DNA of 51,483 bases, the filler included, from Catajapyx aquilonaris (lineage: Eukaryota), in NCBI GenBank assembly GCA_000934665.2. It is 2 parts of 2 records of this genome, joined end to end, with 100 filler letters (N's around TTAATTAATTAA, not from the genome) between each part and the next. Parts side by side here need not be neighbours in the genome. Positions count along the whole stretch, not along the records: positions 1 to 25,678 come from KZ539330.1; 1 more part is not named here. One strand, given 5' to 3'. Positions within the stretch are counted from its first letter, which is position 1. Every line of letters begins with the position of its first letter. The position numbers and the translations under genes are program-made. A model generated the notes under the pieces. It worked only from the letters and a program-made list of their open reading frames with translations, made no database searches and was not told where the DNA came from. This document shows, one piece after another, positions 1-12,088 of this stretch.

Positions 1-1743
1 TTAGAGTAGACCTACACACCTTATCTTTAACAGTCTCCTTAACATTACACCTCTCCAAAATCTCCTCATTCCTAATCCTATCGAACTTGGTAACCCCCCA
101 CAAACAGCCCGGAGATAACGCATCTCTGTAGCCAACACCCTACTCTTATGCCTATCTGACCAGACCCACGCTTCACTACCATACATAAGTGAAGGAACAA
201 TAACGTGAGAATAGACAGACAACCTACAAAGATAAGTCCTTATTTCTAGAAAACTTACTTGTGGCATCTATTACTTTCAACGCAGAACTAACTCTCCTGT
301 CTATTTCCCCATCAATTCTACCATTACTCTCAAGGACACTACCCAGGTATACAAACTGGCTGACCTGCTCAACCAGTTTTCCTCGTACCTGCAACGTACA
401 AGGAGAAACCTGCTGTCCCCTCTCAAATACCAATACCTTAGTCTTATCTACGTTAATCCTCATACCTCTCTTTTCACAAACATTATCTAACTTGCATAGG
501 ATCAACTGTAAATCAGCCTCACTCTCCGCCAGAAGGGCAGAATCATCTGCATACACAAGTGACTAACTAACTCATCACCAAACTGCACTCCTACACCTTC
601 AACCATAGCTTCCCTTACACATGCATCTAAGTACAAGTTAAATAACCAGGGAGACATGACACAACCCTGCTTAACCCCAACACTAATGTTAAACCAGTCA
701 GAGAAACCCCCACTAGTTCTAACACAAGCTCTACTCTCTTCATACAATGACTTTACAGCCTCCAACAGGCGGCCCTTCCGTGGGCCCTTCACTCCATAGA
801 GACTCAGAACTTCCCACAAACCTCCCCTACTTACTGTGTCATATGCTTTCTCTAAGTCTACAAAGGCAACAAAAACCTTCTTGTTTACAGCTAAATACTT
901 TTCTATCACGAGTCTCATACAGAATATCTGATCTACACAACTCTTACCCGACATAAACCCACTCTAAATATTCAGTATTCTCAGACTTGTGACCCTCTTA
1001 ACTCTTTCTATCAAAACCTTAGCATACACTTTCCCTGGTACACTTAACAAACTAATGCCACGATAATTCTTGCAGTCACACACATCTCCCTTACCCTTAT
1101 ACAGAGGTACTATAATAGTGTGACAGAAGCAGTCCCTATCACGCATGTCATCCCATCACTTTCACTTTCTTTTTTTGGATTTTTTGGATAGCATAAAATG
1201 GGGGGATCTCCGGATACTCATGGCCGGTCGTTGGGTAGTTCACTGTGCCGATTCCCTCTTGCCTGTCCTCACCTATGTTATCCGGTACTTCCCTTTTTTT
1301 CCCGTATATCTCTCTACACTCGTACGAAATAAAGATCTGTATTGAGCGATGAACCCACTAGCGTTTTTGTAACGAATACGGTTACAATAGCATCCCTCCA
1401 ATCCCTAGGAGCTACACCATTATCAAACGAAACCCTACATAAATTAGTCAAAAAAGTAACTACATCACCCCCGCCACACCTCACCATTTCCGAAGAAATA
1501 ACATCAACCCCAGGGGATTTACCTAGTTTAAGTCCTAAAGCAGCAGCTGCAACTTCCTTCTTAACAATATCCCCACAACCATCATTACTTGGTACAACAT
1601 CCCCAATTAAACTTACAGATACATCAACACTGGCCTTATCACTTGCTGACAGCAAGTCTTTAAAATACTCTCCCCAGCAGCGCCCTTTCGCCTCTCCTCC
1701 ATCCCACAGCATGTCACCCTTCTTATCCTTCACACCCACTACG
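1..1743 (-). mobile_element. Decayed non-LTR retrotransposon (RTE-like LINE) reverse transcriptase region, 5'-truncated, frameshifted
   Basis: Consecutive minus-strand fragments give RT motifs: LKLGKSPGVD, IVPLYKGKGDVCDCKNYRGISLLSVPGKVY, FVDLEKAYD, GVKQGCVMSPWLFNLY, MYADD, FVYLGS, LMYGSEAW. They lie in several frames with stops. Interrupted at 1119-1386. Confidence 0.93.
1119..1386 (+). mobile_element. Solo LTR (268 bp) inserted in the LINE
   Basis: Begins TGTGAC and ends GTTACA; 4-bp direct repeat ATAG at 1115-1118 and 1387-1390; AATAAA at 1328-1333. Removing it restores the LINE reading RDWRDAI-IVPLYKG. Confidence 0.8.
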
Positions 1744-2876
1744 CTAACCCCATGGCCAGTTTATGACAATTTAATGAATAACAAAAGTAACCCGGCTCTT
1801 TATCGGCCAGACATTTTCCGGGAGCCGGTTATTGCGCAACCGGCTCTAAATAAAATTATAATGTGCAAATGTATTTGGAGAAAATATTTTTCGTGTATGT
1901 GTACTGCATATGGCTCACAATCCTTCTGTGTTGGGCTTGGTATTCCAAATTGCAGCTATAATAAGAGGTTCAATGACGACAATACAATACGCATGAGATA
2001 CATTCAACATGTTTCAAAGTTACTGAAGAGGTTATTTCCTTGTTCATCATGGGCATACCAAAACCTCTCACATACCAGGATTTCTAGAAACAATAGGATC
2101 ATATAATTATTGTAAAACCTATCTCACCACTTCATTTTTGCTTGTATCTCTTACACGTCAGCGTTGACGATGCCTCAGGTAGCTCATATCTTTGAAGCCA
2201 CAGGAGCTTTTTGCTAGGTGCGGGTGATGAAATCTGTATTCTAAATCTGAAGATGGAATGTTCTGCCTTGTTTGATGCGTTGACCACTACGGCTTGTTGG
2301 TGCCCTGCAGTACCAACAGAGGCGTGAATTACCGGTTTTTTATACTTCAAAGGCTAATTATAATAATAATATAAATGAATGAATAGGTATGTATAAATAT
2401 TAATTAATTAATAAACAATGAAGATCTATGCGTTCCCTCGTGTAAAGTCGTATTCCAGTTCGTTTTTATTTCACTTCAGCCAACACTCGTTTTAGTCATC
2501 TCCTGTCATCATCAGTTCATCACGATGGTCGATGTGATCACGATCATCATAGTGACAGTACATATAGGTGCATGTACTAGCTGTAAAACCGATGTAGGTT
2601 TCCTCGATAATCACATTTAAACTTTACGGGCTGCCTGAAAATAATGTCGTGACATTCAAAATAATGCTCTCTTTGCTAGATAGTTTGCGCTACCCGCCGC
2701 CGGATGTCGCCATCTACCTGTTTCGAACCACACTGTCTACCACAGGTTGCATGGCGCAGGTCTACCGCAGTACAGTACCTGTCTGCTTTTTCATTGTAAT
2801 CGTGCCACGTGCTTGTGTGTGCTTGTGAAGTTGTCTCAGTTATCCAACACAGGCACCCAACACAACAAGGACAGCC

Positions 2877-5800
2877 ATGACTAGTTCAGATCACGTCCTA
2901 TGCACACTTGTTGGCCAGGTGAGTAACATATGATCATGATTTGGGGAGACCAAAAGTGTATGCAGTTTGCGCATGTAAAAAAAAAAAAAGAAAGAAAGAA
3001 AAAAAGAGGTTAGGTGCTGTATGTAGTCTTTTACACAACACCAAGTAAACTAGACCCAATCTAAACCTGGGACTTTATGCTGCATCACAGCGACAATTCT
3101 CACAGTATGAGTTTGATCCCACCTTTTATTCAGCTCCAGGCCATGATGTAGTGGTGGGAATTTATGGTGCTGGGCGGGGAATTCCATGTACTATTATAAT
3201 GTAGAGATGTCCCTGTGCTAGCACTATGCTTCTTCCATTTGGTCACCACCTGGAGCACATCACTTGCCTGCCAATTGTTGGCAACGACCATTCTTACCGT
3301 CAACACAGGTTTTTGTATTCAGGGTCAGGAACAGGCACGAGTAGCATAAACATCATAAAGAAATTAAATGTGTCACTGATACAACATTACGAGAGTAATC
3401 CTACTACTACATGCCCCCGCTGGAAGTTATTACAGGTCCATCTTAGCATGCCTCTCGCCTGGTCCTGAACGAGTCCAGTGCATTCCCTCGGCTGCTCGCG
3501 CAGTCCTTTGTCTGGGATCCTCTGCCCTTCCATACATCTTGCAGATAGCTTCTGATCAGTGGAAGCTGCTGCATCTCTGGAATCAGGTCACTCACCTCTG
3601 GTCTCACCTCACTGTTCTACTTCGGTCTCGTCCTGTATAACTGTACTGTATAACTGTGCTGCATAAGATGAATCCTCAGGCGCTGCAAGGACTGACAAGG
3701 AAATGGTAGGCCCCTACTTGCTGTAAGTTGAGTAGTCCAGTGAAACTCGACATGCAGAAAGCATGCATATAGTTGATTAGAAGCTTACAAGATATTGGCT
3801 TCTAAAGTTGCAGCTGACCTGAACATTGCCTTTGTGGTGGTTTTTCCCATATTAAATAATTATAGTAGTTTTGAATATCTAAGGAAGGTGTATGGCATGA
3901 AAGTTGCTTCATCCAATGGCATATGGTTGCAATGAGATCTTACCTGAAGACATGGCATATATGCAGTAAGTTTTGGCTGACATTCATTGTTTCAGTAGTA
4001 ATGAAGATTCAAAAGTCATAAAGAAATACACGAAAGCAACACAGATGTTTAATGCTTTTTGCATATTTGTTTATGGACAGATTTACAATAAGCAATTGTG
4101 AACAGCAATGACAACATGGTGAAATCATTAATAATAAATTTGTACAGGGTTGGGCAAAATGTATCTAGCATGATTTGGTTAACATGATATGGTGTTTGTG
4201 CATGCACAGGATATGCCAATTGACCATTCCAAGCACCCAAGAAAGTCCTTGGTAAGGGTTCTTCGAACTACTTTGTCCTGTACGTTCAATTGTTGCACGA
4301 CCTGCGTCTTTCAAGGATGAAAGTGCAGGTCATCATTGATGACTTGGCACAGGGAGCGAGCTGACATTGGTGCCAAAGCGATCGCCGAGGACTTCAGAGC
4401 AGTGCATTGTGTACCTCTTGTATCGATTGAGGGGTCCACTGTGTCCGTGGACGTCCAGTGCTTTCTGGTCCTGGCTTAATGCTGTGTCCTGGAACTGCTT
4501 CACCCACCTTAGATCATCCGGTGGTTGGGGACTTTGTCCTGACGTCCCACCTCAAAATGGCTATGAAAGATTCTTTTTACAGTTATGGGGGAATAATTAT
4601 TTTTAAAATAAATCTCTACAACTAATGCACAATTTTCTGCTGACCATGATGCTATTTTTTATAATGGCCAGAATAATGGCATACAGTATCTTCCCTACTC
4701 CAGCACATGCCCATATTCCGTGCATGCACAAACACCGTACAACTTGAATGAAATCATGCTATACATTTTTCCCAACTGTACAGTGCTGGCCATATATCGA
4801 GGCAACCGCCAGCGACATATTTCCGAAGCGGCAGAAGAAGGAATCTTGCTCGCCCGGCTTGTAGCATGCTTATCTTCGATTCCTTCTTCTGCTGCTTCGG
4901 GAAAATGTCGCTGGCGGTTGCCTCGATATATGGCCAGCACTGTACAATGGTGACATTATTGCATTGTGTATGTTTCTTAACAGGACTAATATTTTATTGG
5001 ATGTAATGTGAATCAGAAATGAATATCTCCTGGAGGCCTGATGCTGATAGGACCGCCACAATAGAAAAGCAATAGAAAAACCAGGTGAAAGATGTTAAGT
5101 TTGCTCACTGGGTGCCTGGATGGGTAATCCACCACAAAAGCAATATTTATGTCAGCTGCAGGCGGAAACTTTAGAAGCCAATATATTCGTAAGCATATGT
5201 ATCTCAGCCTCAACAGACTTCACTTATCAAATCAGCCATGTGCATTTCTGCACACCAAGTTTCACTTTGGGCTACTCAACTTACAGCAGGTACCATTTCC
5301 TTGTGAGGTCTGCCAGAGTCTTGACTGTGAGCAATGTGCGAAGGGGGTTGTAGTCAGTTTCAAGGGTGATATGACTGCCCACAAGGAAGTCACAAAATTT
5401 GTCACATGCCCATGCTAGTGCCAATGCATCTGGGCATAAGACCTCTCACTTGCAGAAAAGTTCTGGAGGCATAAGTTGCTACACTGTACTTCCTGACTGG
5501 ATCAGTTTGGAACACCGTTACCTCCAATCCATAAGATAAGGAATTAGCTGCCAGTATTGTCTTCTTAGATGGGTCAAAAAGTAACAGAACTGGACTCGAG
5601 GACAGTCTTGACGTTACAGCATCGAAAGCAATCTGTTGAGAGCTGTCTCATGACCATCTTACTGTTTTCTTCAAAAGGTCTGTCAAAGCTTAGTCATATA
5701 GGTATAAATCTACTCAGGTAATTAGCGATACCGAGAAGGTAGTGCAAACTTTCAATGTACTTTGGAGGAGACATCTGCATTGAGGACTTTATTTATTTAT

Positions 5801-8800
5801 TTAGTTGGTGCTGTCACATACTTTCATTTGGAGCCAACATAATTCACCCTTGCTGATGTGAAAGAAGGTGATCAACAATCTGGGTTGTCAATACTGTGCC
5901 TATAATGACCAATAGTACTGCTGGCTCCAGAATGGAGGTCCAGTTTCCCTGTGGCAGGGTAAAGGCCTGCTCTCACAAATGTGGTTCTTATCCCTTCATT
6001 GTAGCTGGCTTTTTTTTCATCCCAGAGCAAATGAAACAGTTAGCATTTTTAACTTGCTATTCTCCTGTCTGAAGTTGTAAACCATTTAATCTTTTGATAT
6101 TCGCAATAAACCTGATTATTACACCTGGAAACAAATGTTGCAGGTGCAATAATAATTCATCTTTTTTGGTCATTGGACTTGCACTAAACAACCCAAATGA
6201 CAACAGTAATTTTCAAAATATAAGAGCAATATTGACATTTGGGTGGAGCTTCAATGCAAAACAGCTTGAACATTTGGAAAGCCAAAGTGTTTGACATCTC
6301 CAGATTGAAGTGTACAGTAGGATTCCTTTCCACATGACGCGAAAAAATTAGCCTCCCCCTCATGCAATGACTCACACCCCCCTAGCTAGCACCTCTGTTG
6401 GAGGCTAGTTTTTTCACCTGTGGAAAGGAAATCTTTTAAGCAACTGGACACCTGCTTACAATTGAGTAGCCTAGAATGCAATAGGCCTAAGTGCACTTTT
6501 TTGCGAAAGTGAGATTCAGGCGTGGAAGAGTTCTGATATCATCCGCCCTCATGCTCATAGAATGGTATCAACCCAAGTTCATTCCTGGTGCACTAAAATG
6601 GGATTGGCATCCAGAACGTACATAACCCAAGTCAGGGATTTGGGTTGTATGCATTCTGAGCGAGATCATGGTGTCATGCTTTACTGGTCAGACAGATTGA
6701 TTGATTTGCTCCTTACAGCACAAAAAGTCTATGCTGGGCCAAAATTGAGGTTAGAGATGAAACAGTTCATGTTTACACTAGAAAGTAATATTTCACAGGT
6801 CGTTGAGAATGCATAAAGCCCAAGTCCGGCATTCTCAAAAAAAATTCTTATTTACCTGCATAAGTGACAGCATCGTATGACGTGCACAGAGCTGCCTTCT
6901 CCCATCCTGCATGGAGGAGGGAAAGTTCAATTTCATAATGTTGACAGTTTCTTTTGTACAGTGTTTTGTGTCTCCTGAAAAGTTATGCTCTCTGGACTTA
7001 GGCCAGTTGCATTCTAGGCTATTCATATTCAATTACTAGTGATTGCATGTAATCATTATTCGGGAGGAAGCATTGCTGTGTACTCAAATTATGTGACTAT
7101 ATGACAAAGTGTACACCTGAATATGGTCAATGTTGCCAACTCCTTGGGAAAGTCAGTACGCAGAGTCAGTACAACAAGTTGTTGGAACAAAGATATAAAA
7201 ATAGTCTACAGGAGGACAAGTCAGAAGACAAGTGTCTGCCTTGAACGAAGTTACAACTTGCTCTACTTTGCTTCATGGAGTAACACTTACTTGCCATGCC
7301 AAAAAAATGCCTGATGATTGCTACTCTGTGTAACTGCTGGTAGGTGAATAATACTGCAGCATATTGCCGTGTCACACAAATGATCAGACACCATTAGGAC
7401 TGGAGAAAGCCAACTTGGACCACTGGACAGACCGCTGCGCTGGTTGGGCCCCCATCCTCCATTTAAAATGGGTTTATTCCCTATTTTATTCCTCACAAGT
7501 TGTGTGTCCTCCTCATGCATTATGTACATTCAAGTGTAGTGCAGTGTACAGTGGTGGAAATTAATGGAGAAGCACAAATACTGCCTCCTGGAAGAGCTTT
7601 TCCTTTACATGAAGCTGCTTCATGTAAAAGAAAAACCTGGAAAAACTTTGCCAGGAGGTGATACTTGTGCTTCTCCATTAATTTCCACCACTGTACAAGA
7701 TACTGATGTGTTGTTCCAACAAAAATGAGTCCACTGCTAGAACTTTTCCCACTAACATAGAACTCTTATACTATGGTCGCTTTTTCAAAAATACATGTAT
7801 GCTGAATTGTAATCAGTGATTTGCAAATTCTCCCAAATAATTCTTTTTAAGTTACTGAAGAAAATGTACCAGTATGCATTGGTAGTATGCGGTCATATTG
7901 AATTAGCAAGACTGCATTGCCAAATGTCAAATTTGAACAACTCCAAAATTAGCACAATGTCATAGATTATGTTAATGCAGCTGGGAAAAATAAGTTCCCA
8001 TTGTATGGCTATGCTGGCATGTTTTATGTATTGGACAAAGCACAATAATTTTAACTTTGAAACCATGCCTCGTATGTCATTCACGTAATTTGGCCCCTAT
8101 GACTTCATATTACAAAATGCCCGACCCATACATGTGCTTCTCTATTAATTTCCACCACTGAACATGTACAGGACTAACACTCCATGCATGGGTCGACCAT
8201 TTTGAAATATGACGTCGTATGGGCCAATTTATGTGAATGACATACGAGGCATGGTCACCATTCGACTTAGCAGGGTCGAATTACGCGGAAATGACACTTA
8301 ACCGAAAGAATCCGTCAGTTGACGCACTTTCAATTAGCACATTAGCATGATTTTAATTGACAGCCCCCTCCCCCTCCTCATGGATGGAATTTCGTGTGCT
8401 GTGGACAAAAACCTTTCATTGAGTCCAGCTGGGAAACATTTCCCCAAAGTGACTTGCTTCTAACATAATTGTTTTCCCATTTTTAGTGTGTATCATTGCT
8501 ATGATTCAAGCAGGCAGGCCCTTTTCTGGGTCGTGGACGTCACTCACTCCCGGTAAACAGTGGCAACAATCGAAAGAACACTGTAAGCGACTTCCTTGCG
8601 ATGATGTCTGAACGGCGCAAGGAGGCGGAGTGGTGCTGCGGTAACGCACGCTCCCACGGATGGTCCCAGGTTCGATCCCAGCCCGGGGTTCCCCCCTTCT
8701 TCTCGTGCAGAGTTGGGCCATCTCTGACTTCGTCTCTGGTGGGAATTTCCGCTAGACTAATCCACCTGTGGGAGTTCACAAAATGACCAAGCAACGACAT

Positions 8801-11800
8801 TGCACTTGTACTTTGCACATCCCCTCCTACCTACCCTAATTGTGGACCAACTAAATAATTGTAAATTATACACATGGTTCCAACTATGGTGGTATTCCCA
8901 CCCCCTAAGAGGGCCTCGCGGCCCTAGCACGGGGTATCTGGAAAAAAAAATTGTCTGAACGGCGCTGTTGCAGGTAACGCCAGCGCCGTTGTTTACAATT
9001 AGGGAATGCAATTTTGTCAGGTACTGTACATGTTACATGGTGTTACAGTAAACCAAACCAAAGTTGCAACCAGAAGTATATGTGACTTAACACAGAAATT
9101 TGAGTGAATGTGAATCAATATTTTGCAATTGCCTTATGCAGTATGAGGGGCTGAGAAAAAGAATGGCATATGCCACAGTAGAGACAAAAGTAAATAAACA
9201 CATTTGAAAGTTTTAATTGCCAATATCTTCAGTGTTAAATTGGAAAGTTTGGGTGGTGTTTTCACTCAGAGAGCACATGCCAACATAAGCATTTAGTCTG
9301 TGACACTGGTAGAATATGGTGTGAAGTGTTGATAACTCAGTATACCATGTTGAGTGGCATATGCCATTCTTGCTCTCAGACCCCCAGTTGCAAGGGGAAA
9401 CTATAATTGCAGTTGCCAATGTTACCACAAAAATCACATGGCAGCATCCCTCATATCAAGAAGCACACAAGTGCACCTCACATCATATGCTCCATGAATG
9501 GTAGTCGTATTATATTTTTGTTGGCTCATTTGCTTTTCATTCATAACTGAACGTAATCTATGGCACATTACATCGACTGATATTTTTTCCCCATTCTATC
9601 TACAGGGTTTCATCAAGGAAATACTTGCAGAAAATGTTTTGTGGTGTGTCAATGGATGCGATGGCATGCTTTCAATGTACAGGATTAGGAGGCATGCCGA
9701 TCTGAAGTGGATGGTGTCACTTTATTGCCAAAAAGAGGTCAGTATTGCCATTTCACTGTAATATGATGATGTTCCATTGACATCCAAACTCAAGAGACTA
9801 GAAATTTGAGTCTGGTAGGATTGACTGGAAGTTATTGCTTACATTAGAAGGAATAGACTTTTGTTCTTTGAAACTATAGGGTGATTCATAAAATAATGAC
9901 TTCACCTTTTACATTATGCATAAATCTGGAATGGAATTAAGAAAACTCATCCACTCACATTTGAACTCTGCGGGAATTCTGAGAAATGCTGACTAATCTC
10001 CTTCCACATTACAGTATATGTTTGAAGTGTCTGCCATCATTCTCCATCCAAACTATCGTTGTCATATCTTTATATACCTTGTAAGTTGTGGAACAACTTG
10101 ATGACATCAAGTTGACAGATGTTACTACTGCTGATTTTTTTCTTTAGGGATAGCTAAAGGAAAGAGTGCCTGTGAAATCTCCCAAAGACACTTGCGCAAC
10201 TCCAGAAGACCAGCAGAAATTAAGTCACCGACATTGATTGTCATATGCTTCACCAAACGTCACATAATAAAATGGTGTGACGGGTGCAATATTGTCTTTG
10301 GATGGAGATGGAGGACACTTTCAACATTTGAGTCGTGGCGTTTCAAACATGGCTATCTTCAAAATGAGAATTTTGAGATGTCCACCCCATCTGCTGGCTA
10401 GAGTGGAACTACATTAGTTCCTGAAGCAGCAGTAACAAAAAAATGACCATCTTCACATCATTCTGCTTCGGCGAAAATCGTGTTAATTTCAGAAGGTAGA
10501 GTTCTATCTTCGGGAGCATGGTAGGATCAAAAGTGACTACTGAAACGTTGAGCCTGATTGAAGATAGCCATTTTTGAAACGCCACGACTCATTTACTGTA
10601 ACATGGCAGGTGGTTTGTCTGATACTCCTACAATGGGGAACTAGCCTTGGTCTGGGATTTGGGATTTTTGTTCATAACTAGCTAGCCCATGCCTGTAAAC
10701 ATACATTCCGTCATTCTGTTGCATCAAAATGACATTACAGGATAAATTAAGGCACATTTAAAAGTGCCTTCAAAATTGGCGGGAAAAATGGGGCAGCCGG
10801 GTGGTGCCAATCGAAAGGGTACACTGAAATGCCAGGTTGACTGCGAGATATGAGGAATTTGACTTTGAATTAACCGCGGGCACGACGGAAAGCATTCGCA
10901 AGGCGGCTGTAGGACATCGAGGTGGAGAAAGGGGGCCTTTATGTGCCTAATTCGGGAGACAGATATTTCCGACCTGGTGACATCACTGCCACGTACAAAG
11001 CGGTTTGAGCGGCTTAGAGTAAAAACTCGCCCGTTACCTGGCAACTAAGTAAACACTTGGACTGCTAAAATGTCCAGCCGGGTCCAGCACAGTACAACGA
11101 ATTGATCATTTTACGACCCTGCCGGAGCGCGTTCTATAACATCATTTTTGCGTTCATTTCACTTCGCGTGACGTCAACATTTTCGAGGGAAACAGTGACG
11201 TCACCATTTCCCTACGAAAAAACCCCAATTACTCCGGAACTGAAACTGATTTCTTAAAACGGAATATGCCAAAAAAATCCAAAAAATATGGGCGAATTGA
11301 TTATGTAGTTTCCAAAATGAAGGCTAGTTCTCCATTCCCATATATTTCAGTTATATGTAAAATGTATTGGTTTTTTCAATTTCATTCTAGTTAAAAAATT
11401 TTTTTACATGCACCACACCCTGTGTTTGGACGGAAGTGATAGGTTGCCAAAATTAGTGTGGTTTCTGTGCTGGGCATGCATGGTGGGCCTATGGAATGGC
11501 CAGAAAAGGAGGTGACGTGTGGATACACGTGAATTTTCATTGTTAAGTATACACACAATGACATGGGGCGCCACCAGACATAGAAGTTGGTGTAGGCGCC
11601 ATGGATTTTTAACTTGGATTTAAAATTGTAAATGCTGAAGACAACCTTTCTTTTACTGCACCCAGTATGTAGCACCTCAAAATCATCCTCCAGTAATCAT
11701 AGGATTTCTCCAATTAGGGCATCCCAAACTGCCATAACCATTTGAACCAGAAAGAGCCCAACCCCTTCCGAAAATGACCTAGTGACCTATCTGAATACTG

Positions 11801-12088
11801 TTAAAGTGAGATCAATATAACCAAATGAATTTTTACCAAGATATTTTGAAATTGGTGGAATTCATTGTATGCATGTGGATGTTGTGGTAGCATTTAGCTT
11901 GTTGAACAATGCATGGAAGGTGAACAAGTTCTCTCTGATTATCTCATTACATGATCAATTTTCAGAAACTATCAGCAGTGGATGTTATACTTCTGCTCAA
12001 TGGCACCAAGATTTCCGGCACTGATTCTGCTGCATCCTTGGACATGAAAATAGGAGATCATATTGACATTTATCTGCCAGAACATTGA
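2877..12088 (+). CDS. Divergent SUMO-like protein (98 aa) lacking the C-terminal Gly-Gly; exons 2877-2918, 9606-9737, 11966-12088
   Basis: Spliced product: MTSSDHVLCTLVGQ|GFIKEILAENVLWCVNGCDGMLSMYRIRRHADLKWMVSLYCQKE|KLSAVDVILLLNGTKISGTDSAASLDMKIGDHIDIYLPEH*. Exons 2-3 align without gaps to SUMO2/3 (V.G.DG....I.RH..L......YC; LS.........G..I..TD...L.M...D.ID). All junctions are phase 0 with good GT/AG sites. Exon 1 is inferred from gccATGA and CAG|GTGAGT and is less certain. Confidence 0.75.
4145..4778 (-). mobile_element. Internally deleted Tc1/mariner-type element with transposase HTH remnant
   Basis: About 75-bp imperfect TIRs (CAG.GTTGGG.AAAATGTAT..CATGATTT...GGTGTTTGTGCATGCAC) with TA flanks. 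Minus translation fragments WVKQFQDT, TGRPRT..TPQSIQEV, SPRRS, DLHFHP*KTQVVQQLNVQD. Confidence 0.75.
4781..4942. mobile_element. Tc1/mariner-type MITE (near-perfect hairpin)
   Basis: TIR CAGTGCTGGCCATATATCGAGGCAACCGCCAGCGACAT..., arms about 65 bp; TA at 4779-4780 and 4943-4944. Confidence 0.85.
6320..6434. repeat. Degenerate inverted repeat (probable MITE)
   Basis: GATTCCTTTCCACA...AAAAAATTAGCCTCC versus GGAGGCTAGTTTTTT...TGTGGAAAGGAAATC. Confidence 0.45.
7549..7693. mobile_element. Tc1/mariner-type MITE
   Basis: TIR CAGTGGTGGAAATTAATGGAGAAGCACAA with TA on both sides; a further single TIR copy lies at about 8133-8160. Confidence 0.85.
8062..8255. repeat. Imperfect palindrome (about 70-bp arms) enclosing a fragment of the 7549 MITE TIR
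   Basis: ACCATGCCTCGTATGTCATTCAC... versus ...GTGAATGACATACGAGGCATGGT. Confidence 0.6.
8627..8775 (+). mobile_element. tRNA-derived SINE, family A copy 1
   Basis: A-box-like TGGTGCTGCGG and B-box GGTTCGATCCC; homologous to the minus-strand copy at 14460-14631. 3' end approximate. Confidence 0.6.
9126..9410. repeat. Degenerate inverted repeat element (MITE-like)
   Basis: GGGGCTGAGA.AAAGAATGGCATATGCCAC versus GTGGCATATGCCATTCTTGCTCTCAGACCCC. Confidence 0.45.
10330..10590. mobile_element. Non-autonomous TIR element, possibly Sola-type
   Basis: 33-bp TIR GAGTCGTGGCGTTTCAAA.ATGGCTATCTTCAA; 4-bp duplication ATTT at 10326-10329 and 10591-10594. Confidence 0.7.

Larger units (their letters stand above)
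3696..5303. mobile_element. Unclassified TIR DNA transposon (about 80-bp imperfect TIRs, 3-bp TGA duplication) nested in the Gypsy RNase H
   Basis: CAAGGAAATGGTA...GCTGTAAGTTGAGTAG.C..AGTGAAACT starts at 3696 and its inverse ends at 5303. TGA flanks at 3693-3695 and 5304-5306. The host reading resumes across the insert. Confidence 0.7.
3270..5800 (-). mobile_element. Degenerate Gypsy/Ty3 LTR retrotransposon relic (RT thumb and RNase H), interrupted by an insertion at 3696-5303
   Basis: Minus-strand fragments LLGIANYLSRFIP, LTDLLKKTVRWS*DSSQQIAFD, SPVLLLFDPSKKTILAANSLSYGL, YASRT, LAWACDKFCDFLVGSHITLETDYNP, KTLADL continue after the insert as LQRLRIHLMQHSYTV. Possible PPT plus TGT LTR start near 3411-3420. 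Outer boundaries approximate. Confidence 0.8.

Noticed and set aside
1342..2106. 254-aa plus-strand ORF
   Set aside because: Antisense of the LINE fragment running into unrelated flank; no coding hallmarks.
6856..6974. Minus-strand exon-like segment with good splice sites
   Set aside because: Two frames are open but no family is recognisable and no partner exons were found.
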